Of a stretch of DNA of 64,000 bases, positions 38,400 through 47,500 are shown piece by piece (the first letter of the stretch is position 1; the number at the start of each line of letters is the position of its first letter). The translations under genes and the position numbers were made by a program. The notes beneath the pieces are model-generated. The model saw only the letters and a program-made list of their open reading frames with translations, was not told the origin of the DNA and did no database searches. This stretch comes from Leptonemataceae bacterium (GTDB lineage Bacteria > Spirochaetota > Leptospiria > Leptospirales > Leptonemataceae): contig OZ245742.1 of assembly GCA_965227295.1 (NCBI GenBank), forward strand, positions 4,832,001 to 4,896,000. The letters run 5' to 3'.

Positions 38400-41300
38400 C
38401 TACGAGCCGGGATCGTCGGCACCAAAGGCCAGCTGATGTGAGTGTATGGCCTGCTCCATGCCTTTCACGACGGACGCCCGCAATTCTGTGACATCACTGA
38501 TGCCGATGTCCAACAGACCGGATTCCTGCGCATCATGGTCGGCGCGGGACTTTCGATTGAAGTCTTCCATAAACTTCCGGTGATTCTCACGAGCGCCGTC
38601 CTCGTCCCCGTTTGCAAGAAGTTCACCATGCTTGCGACCTTCAAAAAGGTCGTATGCGGCCTGTCCGCCCATCACAGCAACCAGTGAGGAATTCAAGGCG
38701 ACATACGCAATGCCCGGTCGCAGAAACTTACTGAACGCATGAATCTGCCGTCCGCCATAGTTCTGATGGAGGACCACAGACACCACAGGAACGCGCCCCA
38801 GGATATTTACATCCAGCGACTCGGCACCAATAGCCTGAATACGCAAACGCTCCTGCCGCGTCCCGGGTACGAAGCCCGGGGCATTCGAAAGCATCACCAC
38901 CGGTAGCCCGCGGCGGTTCACCAGCTCCATGAACACACGGAACTTCTCGGTACCGGGTGCATCCGGGGCTCCTCCCATGATCTGCGGCTGATCCGCGAGT
39001 ATCGCCACCACGCGACCGTCGAGTCGGCCGAGGCCGGTTACCAACGCCGGCCCCGCCGCAGGGTCATTCATCTCCCGGTACATTTCAATGAAACTGCCGT
39101 TGTCGCAAATCGCTTCGATCACCGAACCAACGATGTCGTAGGCTTGATTGACCTCGACCGGAATGTTCGCCGGACCGGCCGGTCCGACAGGAGACCGACT
39201 TCCCAGGGGAGAAAGCAGGGCAATCAGGTTCTGAGCGTAGTCAAAAGCTCCGGCAAAAGACGAGGCGATAAATGCGGCGTACTGCCTTACGGCCTGGAGC
39301 TGTTCTCGCGTTTCGTTACCGGAGCGAACATACACCAGTGCATCCGCAGATGCATTCAGCTCCACGCGATGCAAGCCGTCGGGATGCGTCAGAATATTAA
39401 TGTGCACGCCGCGCGTATCGCGCAGAGTGTTCAGAAAATCCATGCGCGCTCTGAGCCCGGCACGATCCTCGAAGCGGTCCGGAGGGCCCATTTCCTGAAA
39501 CCAACGGCGACCGAATATTAAGATTCGCGCCGACTTTGTACGAGCGGCGATCTTCAACAACTCCCGCGCCCTGATTGCCGTGGCACTGGAGCGCACACCA
39601 AAACGACTGCGAGTTCCCAGTAAGAGCGTTCGTCGGCCTCCCAGGCGGGCAAAACCCCCGACCACCGCGCCGGCAGCGAAGTACTCATCCTTAAGAGACC
39701 AGAAATCGCCATCATCAACGTTTTGCTGGAGAATGCGCTCGTTGACGACAGATCGGCCGCGCAGGGCCGTGCGGGTATAAACCTCATCCGATTCCGCGGC
39801 GCCTCCCTTGCGCTCGATTCGATCGCGTTCCCGTTCAGCACCGAACAGGCGGTGAATGCGCCGGACGATGGCGATTAAATGTATCTTGTCTCGTGCAATG
39901 AAATCCGCAATGCCGGTCCACTTGCCCATGATCTTCGCGCCGCCGATTTCGTAGTTCGTCAGATCTTCTCCCGTGACTGAGCGAATGACGTTGGAACCGG
40001 TGAGGACGCGATACGATTCCGGTGAGTCCAGCAGTACCTGCAAGGTAGCCTGACTTGATCCGTAGACATCCAGGCCGGCGGAAGAGCCGATCCCCACTGC
40101 TACGGTGAAAAGCGGAGGCCGGTCCTCTGCGATGAACTCCGGAAATTGAAATTGCCGGCCAATTTCCGCGAGCATGTTCCGCAACGTTTCGTCGGCATTG
40201 CGCTCGGTATAACGCGCGAAAGTCTCCGCGTCCACGTTCTCGGCCAACAGAGTATTCATCATGAATCCCTGCGCCGCGCGATTCAGGGAGATGACTCCTT
40301 CACGAATGTTCGCTCCGGCCCCGTCGTTCCAGACGTAAAGAGGTCGTCCCAGGCGATACGCGATGTAGGCCGCCGCAACGTATTTCAGTCCCTCAAGATT
40401 TCCGGTGGCGCCGCCGCGCACGCGACTGTCTTTCATAAAGAAGATTGCCGGCAGGCCATCGATCTGGCCTTCAAAGATTGAGGCGCCCACGACCAGCCTC
40501 TGCTTCGCGCCGGTCTCAGGATTCACGACCTGCTGGTCGTCAATCGAAGGGACCAGGATCTCCTGCACGGAATCCACATCGTCGAAGCACTCGCGAACCC
40601 AGAAATCAATGGGCCATTTGTCCCGGGCTAACATTCGCTCAACCCGTGGGTCCTCGGGCGCAGGTAACCCGGAGTAGGGATTGCGAAAATCCACATCCAG
40701 AAGATGAAAACGGATCGTCTCGCCGTCCCCATGAAAACCAATCATGCGTCGGGAGTAGGTCCCGCTGGCCCGGGCGTGTACATCCAGGTGCAGGATGCTC
40801 GCCTCAATCTGAGTAATTTTCAGGAAGGGAAAATGCTCCGTAAGCTCACGATTCAGCTCCCAGTAATCAAAATCGCCACCGAAGCCGCTGAAGTCGAAGC
40901 GGGAATCGCCGACGTGCGTTAGAATCTCGACGCGATGACCGTTTTCTCTGGGAATTTCCAGGGGTGGATTCTTGGCGATAAAGCGGGCCGCAAAGAGTAC
41001 CTGCACCGCATCCATAATCGCTTTCCAGATCCGTCGGGCGAAGGGGGTTTCTGCGCCCTGCTCGGAAGCCGCGTCCACAGCCGCAAAGGAAACCAGGCGA
41101 CGATCGTCCCCATTCGCCAGAACGTAGAGATAGACGGTCTCCAGAGGCGAATAGAGCCGGCGGACCCGAGAAGATTGCTTCAGAAATTTTAACTTACTCT
41201 CCAGTTCACTTTGTACCCAGGCCGGCGCTTCCGACGGGATCAACTCGCCCGTCTCGTCCGACTCCAGGGATTCACTGAATCCCGTAACGAGAGACATGAC

Positions 41301-44300
41301 GTCTTCCACGTCGAATACGAGCAGAGGATGTAGTTTATCGAGTGCTTCTTTGTAGAGATCCGCGCCGGAGGTTTCATCGTCTTCCGCAAAGAGCTCCAGG
41401 GTCCGCATCTCCGCCACGTCATCCGGAATGCGATGTACCAGAGGACGCACATACTCCACGAGAGACTCGTCCAGCTCGGTCATCTCTTGCTGCATCAAGG
41501 CGGAAAGACATTCCCGGATTTCGGCGCCCTGCTCTCGGGATCGCGCGAGCATATGTACCAGGCACCGCGTAATGGCCCGCCGGGCTTTATCGTTTACATT
41601 CGCGAGATGTAGATAGAGATATGCGTGGGATAGAACAATGCGCTGGTCCTCCTGATCACGGACGTGCTTGCGATAATTATAGGCATCGAGGACCGGGGAG
41701 ATTACGTCCTGGAAATTCTGCGAAGGCTTGTAATCTCCCAATCGCTTTTGCGCCATGAACAGTTGGAGTTCGGCACGGTACGAGATATCCGCCACGACAA
41801 TCGGCGAGAACAGTCTACGCATTCGGGTATAGAACGAAAGGATCTGGATTGCCTGCTTTCGTAAGACAGAGCGCACCTCGTACTCATAGCGATCTTCGAT
41901 GATGTTCTCCAGGATTTCCAGAAAGCCGTCCGGCAAAGACGATGTCGGGATGTAACCGCGAATAACGGAGTCCATGATCTTCAGGCAACGCGAAAGGTTT
42001 CGCTGCGGGTATTCCGCGAAGATGCTCTCGATGTCCTTTTGGTATAAGGTCTCAACGAGACTGGTTGCCCGACGTCGACGCCGGCCGACTGCAGGCTGTT
42101 CCGTGACCGCAACAGCGTCAAAATCCTCCTCATCCTCCGGGTCCACAATAGCGAGGACCTCGCCTTCGGAAATACTGCGGCCCAGAATCCTGCCGTCGGA
42201 AGTCTTTCCGAGTTGAAGCTTCGAAATGTCGCCGTTCTCCAGGAGATAGGTCAGGCGACCGTCGCGGCCGGCGTAGATTGTCGTCTCCATCTTCATGGCA
42301 GAAACTACAATGAGCGGATCGCCTTTCCGGACTTCCGTTCCCACTGCGAGTTCTCCACCGGATGCCGAGCCGGCGAATTTTACGAAAGTCGCCTGAAATG
42401 GTGCGCGCACCAGGTCGAGGTTGTCTTCATCTCCGTCACCACCCTCGGCGCGAATCTTCATGCGATAGTAGTGAATCTTGTCGTCACTGTCTTTGATGCG
42501 CAGAACGGTGTATGAGGGTTTATCATCGGTGCGAATGCGCAGTGAGCGGTTCCCGAAACGAACCAGGTATTCGTCCTCCGCATCCGCGATGCGTCCCAGA
42601 CCGATGCGACCACTGTATTCGTCATTAATATAGACGAAGAAGTTACTCATGGAACGCTGAACGAAACGCACACGGTAGTGCGATGAACCGTATTCGACAA
42701 GAAAGACCTGTCGGACTTCTTCCTTGATGGGGAGTTGATCCGCCTGCTCCGGATCATGGCGCCGGGCTATTTCCCCTGCGCGCTCGCGGATACTACGCAC
42801 GTATTCCGTAAAGGCCCCGAAACGCACGGCCATAATCCGACGCCGATCATAGTCGCCGGGGTCCGATTCCTGGCCGCTTTCCAGTTCCGGATAGTCGCCG
42901 AGCAGGCGATTCGTATAGTCCGGCTCGCGAAACGCATCGTGCCGGACGATTCTTAGCAATTGGGCAACGTTTGTTAATGTGCCCTTGATATAGAGTTCCT
43001 GCAAAGCGCGCTCCAGGCGCATTAAGGCCTGGGCCCGATCACTGCCCCGGACGATCACCTTGCCGATCATAGGATCGTAGTACGGTAGAACTCGATCCCC
43101 CTGTCGAAAACCGAAATCGCAACGCACGCCGTTAAACGTAGGGAGGTCTAACCGGACAATCTTGCCGGGGGCCGGGGCATATCCATTCTCCGGATCCTCG
43201 GCGTAGATACGGCATTCAATAGCATGATCGATCCGGTCGAATTGAAAGCGCCGCTCGCGGATAACTTCCACCGGTAGATCACATCCGCGCCCGTCGAAAT
43301 AGCGCACCTGCCAGGAAGCCAGATCCACGCCCAGGGACTGGTCCGTTACGGCATATTCCACCTGAAGGCGAGTGTTCATTTCGAGGAAACCAAACTCCCC
43401 GGTGTCCGCGTCGTAGAGGAATTCCACGGTACCGGCTCCGCCACCCTCTGAATAACCGGAAATGTCCGCCATGTTCTCCGCGGCCTCGAGAAGAAGCCGG
43501 GAGCGATCGGGCTCCAGGAAGGAGTGTCCGCTTTCTTCTATGATCTTCTGGTTGCGGCGCTGCACGGCGCACTTACGGATTCCCACCGCGAGATTATTGA
43601 AAATCTGCACTTCGATGTGCACCGGCCGGGTGATCAGCTTTTCAAGATAATAGTCGTCGTTATCGTAGAGGTCGTTGCCGATGCGCTGGGCCGATTCCAC
43701 CGCCGCCGTCAGCTCCGACTCCCGAAAGACCGGTTGCATGCCTTTGCCACCCCCGCCCTGGTCCAGCTTGATCAATACCGGATATCCAATGCGCGCCGCC
43801 TCCTGTGCGGCGTGCTCAAGATCCCGGATTTTTTCGCTGCCTTCAAAAACAGGAACGTTGTTCTGCTTCGCGAGCGCGCGCGCATCGAGCTTGTTGCCAA
43901 CCTTGCGCATCACGGAGGCCGGCGGTCCCATGAACATGATATCTCGCTGAAATTCGCGGGAACACACTCCGAGAGCATCTACGAAATCGACATTCTCCGA
44001 CAGAAAACCGTATCCGGGATAAACGGCATTCGCACCAGAGAGAACGGCGGCCGCCGCAATCGTGGGAATGTGGGTGTAGTTGTTGGCATCGCCGATGAGC
44101 ACCGTCTCGTCGGCAAACTCGTACCAGGATTGGCCGATGTCGGGCTCCGTGACAACCGCCACGGAGGGAATCCCCTCTTCGTGCAATGCGAGAAAGAAGC
44201 GTTTCGCGATTTCGCCGCGGTTGGCGACCAGGACCTTGCTAAGCTTATGATCACGCCCACCGTCATCGTGACGGCGGCGCTCCCGCGTACGCCGGTTTAA

Positions 44301-44384
44301 CTTTCTCAGAGCAGCAGTCGCATCTCGAACTTGCTTCAGCAAGGGCGCGTCGGCAATGGGCGCTTCGCTCTGGTAGTGACTCAT
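38400..44384 (-). CDS. Single-chain multidomain biotin-dependent acyl-CoA carboxylase (BC-BCCP-central region-CT)
   Basis: ANRGEIA, YPGYGFLSEN, GGGGKG, EMNTRLQVE, ECRIYAEDP (BC); SAMKME (biotinyl Lys); RGGATG, NAPGFVPG, NYGG (CT). Confidence 0.9.
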   Translation of the reverse strand: MSHYQSEAPIADAPLLKQVRDATAALRKLNRRTRERRRHDDGGRDHKLSKVLVANRGEIAKRFFLALHEEGIPSVAVVTEPDIGQSWYEFADETVLIGDANNYTHIPTIAAAAVLSGANAVYPGYGFLSENVDFVDALGVCSREFQRDIMFMGPPASVMRKVGNKLDARALAKQNNVPVFEGSEKIRDLEHAAQEAARIGYPVLIKLDQGGGGKGMQPVFRESELTAAVESAQRIGNDLYDNDDYYLEKLITRPVHIEVQIFNNLAVGIRKCAVQRRNQKIIEESGHSFLEPDRSRLLLEAAENMADISGYSEGGGAGTVEFLYDADTGEFGFLEMNTRLQVEYAVTDQSLGVDLASWQVRYFDGRGCDLPVEVIRERRFQFDRIDHAIECRIYAEDPENGYAPAPGKIVRLDLPTFNGVRCDFGFRQGDRVLPYYDPMIGKVIVRGSDRAQALMRLERALQELYIKGTLTNVAQLLRIVRHDAFREPDYTNRLLGDYPELESGQESDPGDYDRRRIMAVRFGAFTEYVRSIRERAGEIARRHDPEQADQLPIKEEVRQVFLVEYGSSHYRVRFVQRSMSNFFVYINDEYSGRIGLGRIADAEDEYLVRFGNRSLRIRTDDKPSYTVLRIKDSDDKIHYYRMKIRAEGGDGDEDNLDLVRAPFQATFVKFAGSASGGELAVGTEVRKGDPLIVVSAMKMETTIYAGRDGRLTYLLENGDISKLQLGKTSDGRILGRSISEGEVLAIVDPEDEEDFDAVAVTEQPAVGRRRRRATSLVETLYQKDIESIFAEYPQRNLSRCLKIMDSVIRGYIPTSSLPDGFLEILENIIEDRYEYEVRSVLRKQAIQILSFYTRMRRLFSPIVVADISYRAELQLFMAQKRLGDYKPSQNFQDVISPVLDAYNYRKHVRDQEDQRIVLSHAYLYLHLANVNDKARRAITRCLVHMLARSREQGAEIRECLSALMQQEMTELDESLVEYVRPLVHRIPDDVAEMRTLELFAEDDETSGADLYKEALDKLHPLLVFDVEDVMSLVTGFSESLESDETGELIPSEAPAWVQSELESKLKFLKQSSRVRRLYSPLETVYLYVLANGDDRRLVSFAAVDAASEQGAETPFARRIWKAIMDAVQVLFAARFIAKNPPLEIPRENGHRVEILTHVGDSRFDFSGFGGDFDYWELNRELTEHFPFLKITQIEASILHLDVHARASGTYSRRMIGFHGDGETIRFHLLDVDFRNPYSGLPAPEDPRVERMLARDKWPIDFWVRECFDDVDSVQEILVPSIDDQQVVNPETGAKQRLVVGASIFEGQIDGLPAIFFMKDSRVRGGATGNLEGLKYVAAAYIAYRLGRPLYVWNDGAGANIREGVISLNRAAQGFMMNTLLAENVDAETFARYTERNADETLRNMLAEIGRQFQFPEFIAEDRPPLFTVAVGIGSSAGLDVYGSSQATLQVLLDSPESYRVLTGSNVIRSVTGEDLTNYEIGGAKIMGKWTGIADFIARDKIHLIAIVRRIHRLFGAERERDRIERKGGAAESDEVYTRTALRGRSVVNERILQQNVDDGDFWSLKDEYFAAGAVVGGFARLGGRRTLLLGTRSRFGVRSSATAIRARELLKIAARTKSARILIFGRRWFQEMGPPDRFEDRAGLRARMDFLNTLRDTRGVHINILTHPDGLHRVELNASADALVYVRSGNETREQLQAVRQYAAFIASSFAGAFDYAQNLIALLSPLGSRSPVGPAGPANIPVEVNQAYDIVGSVIEAICDNGSFIEMYREMNDPAAGPALVTGLGRLDGRVVAILADQPQIMGGAPDAPGTEKFRVFMELVNRRGLPVVMLSNAPGFVPGTRQERLRIQAIGAESLDVNILGRVPVVSVVLHQNYGGRQIHAFSKFLRPGIAYVALNSSLVAVMGGQAAYDLFEGRKHGELLANGDEDGARENHRKFMEDFNRKSRADHDAQESGLLDIGISDVTELRASVVKGMEQAIHSHQLAFGADDPGS

Positions 44385-44561
44385 AGACGGCTCGGCTCTT
44401 ACAGTTTTTACGGTATTAGTCTTACCTACAAAACCATAAGAACTCGGGCTTTATACGCAGACTGACTCACCTCCCCTATTCCGATGCCGGAAGAGAGTCA
44501 ACCTGTTTCGCCGACTTTTAGTGAATCTGAGTAGAAAATAGCAGGCTTAACTTAATTTAGC

Positions 44562-47500
44562 TCACTTCTTTTCCATCAGGAAAAGTGTTACGTCGTCATC
44601 CTGCCGCGACATGAATTTGAAGCATGCTTCGACAATCCGATCGCGAACCGTTTCGATTCCATGTTCCGCATTAGTTTCGATGACTTCAATGAGGCGCGGC
44701 GTATCGAACTGTTCGTTTGACTCATTCCGGCATTCAATGACGCCGTCGGTGTAGAGAATGATGAAGTCTCCAGGAGCCAGGTGAAACTGCGCCTTACTGA
44801 TCATGCGCTCGTCCACCGTCGGCACGATGCCCATCCAGACGCCGTCAGATTGAATGACTTCCACCTTGCCCGTCGACTTACGCCAGACCAAAATATCCTC
44901 ATGCTTGCCGACGTGTTCAAAATTGCCCTCGGCATCCGCTTTGAGCGCAGTGAACGTCATGTACAGATTCTGCTTGGTGCGGTTCGCCATATTCTCGTGC
45001 AGCGTCTTGTTCAGGGCGGAGAACAGCTGCAGGGTATCCGGCTCCGGCGATGAGTTCAGATACGCACTGAATCCCGTTTGCGCCATAAGCATGAGCAGAC
45101 CGGAGTTCAGACCGTGCCCGGTCACGTCGCCAATGGCAATCCAGCGATGCCCGTCTAACCGATAGTAGTCGTAGTAGTCCCCCCCGACTTGCTCGGCCGG
45201 AGTCATGTGAGCCGCGATGTTGTAATCGTCGTCTTCGAGGGCGTTCGGCAAAATCGACATCTGCACATGCTTCGCCATTTCCATTTCTTTCTGGAGTTTC
45301 TGGCGTTCCGTTTCTTCCGCAACCAAACGAGAGTTTTCGAGGGAGATCGCCGCCTGAGAACCGAGAATTCCGAGAACCTCCAGACGATCCGGCGTGAATG
45401 CGCCGGTCGCCAGGTCGTTCTCCAGATACATAATGCCGACCAATCGTCCCTGTTTCGTGATCACGTGGGAAATCAGCGATTTGGTCTTCTTGGCCGCGAT
45501 GTAATCATCGCGCGTGAACCGGCCTTCGACGGCGGCGTTCTCCAGCACCACGTCCTGCCCTGTCCGCAAGGAATACTGCATGACCGAAGTGGGCACGTTA
45601 GCATCTGAAAGCGGAATGGATTTGAGAATGGAGGGTTGCGCACTGGTATCCGTTGTATCCTCCGCCTCAAGAAACAGAGCTCCGTCCTTTTCAAGAAGCA
45701 GACAGGCTCGCTGAGCCCCGGCGTTCTCGATTACGTTTTTCATTAAGTTTGAGAGAAGATTCTCCAGCTTGATCTCCCCGGAAATTGCCTGAGTGGCCTT
45801 AACGACCGTTGACATATCGAGGCCGCCCCCGCCGCCCGTGGACGTGGCCGTGGCCGCCGTTGTCGTGGCCGAAATCGTGGTGGTATCTCCGGACGAACCG
45901 CCGCGCCCGACCGAGAACCGTGAGAGCCGCAGTTCAGGGTGTTTCTGCTCCAGGTCGCGAACCTTGGCAACGGCGCCCCAACGCGCCCAATGGCGGTGGG
46001 CCTCATGCAGATACATCGATGAAATACGATCTTTGCCCTGTTCAGCGAAACAACGGGCCGCCAGTTCGTTGCCGAGACACAGCATGATCGGGTATCCGGC
46101 CTCTTCCGCCTCCTGGATCGCCGTATCGTAGAGGCGGCCGGCCTTTTCCCACTTACGTTTGTACCGGGCTTCTTCCGCGAGAACGAGGCTGTAATGTACC
46201 TGAAAGTTCTCAGGCATATTCTTCGCGGCATGTCGGAGGAGGAATCGGTTGAGGCGATATGCAACGCCGACGAAGAAACCCGTCGATTTCTTCCGGCTCT
46301 GGGCGAGAACGGACAGCATGAAGTAGAAGCGCTCGGCCTGGTCCAGGAGCAATCCGAGAACTTCAAGTACGATCTTGAAGCTATCCTTTGCGTATTTAAG
46401 GGCTTCTTCATATTGCTCGAAGGTATAGGCTTCGATCATCTTAAAAGTGAAGAAGTATGTTCGTACGGCAAAGTTGCCGGGGGTCCGCATTTCCTTCTCG
46501 AACATCTCCTCCGAGTAATCGTACATATCGGGGACATCGTCCATGTTCATGCCCCGCAATTTGCGAATAAAACCGATCAGGAAATATTGATTTAACGTTA
46601 CCTCGCGGTCTCGGAGGCGGTAGTGGTCATCGTAGAACCGCACGTTCTCTTCGTCGATCTCCGGGAGGGTCTTGTTGTAAAAGAGGATGCTCTGAGTGCG
46701 ACTAAAGGCAACCGCGTAGTTCCGCCAGTGAAGGTTTCCCGTATCCCGAAAACACTGCCGCGCAATCTGCATGTGTTCTACGTGATTCATAACCGGTTTC
46801 GTCCAGTGGCCGGTGAAACCGTTCTCCGTGAAGTGCACGCGTCCCTTTACGTCTACGTCGGGATTCTTTTCGTTGAGATCCATGGCCAGTTGCATGAACT
46901 GTGCGGATGTCTTGTATTCTTTCGTAACACCGGCCTGAACCAGCGCAATCATGGCATACGCGAAGGCCGAGTACATGGAGTTACCGTACCTCAGACACAG
47001 GCGGGCCATGTAGACGCAGATGTACCCCATGGTATCCGGCTGCGCGATGTAGGCCGAAGGAACCATGTCGTATAGAATCTTACAGATGTTCAGGACGCGG
47101 GCGTTTTGAATTTCTTTCAGATTTTTCAGGGACGCCGCTTTTCGGAAACCAAGCCGCAAACGGAACAGCACATATTGAAGACCGACGTTGACTTTGCCGA
47201 TTTTTTTCGGCAGACTTACACCGAGTTTGCGGAGCGCTTCGCGCGCACGATCCACACCGTCCTCGTGGCGGTTGAGCTGAAACAACACGGCCAGGTAGAT
47301 TTGATAGAGGCGAACCCTTTCATCGTCTGTTTCGCATCGATCGAGGGCATAGAGAATATCTCTTTCGCTCTCTTCGAACATGGTGCAACTGAACTCAGCT
47401 GAAGCCCGGTCCGCATAAATGTTCCAGATGAGGTCATGATTCTCGTCCCAGGCCCGATCCGCATCAAGGTAAGTGCTGGCGATGTTAAGGTACTCGACCG

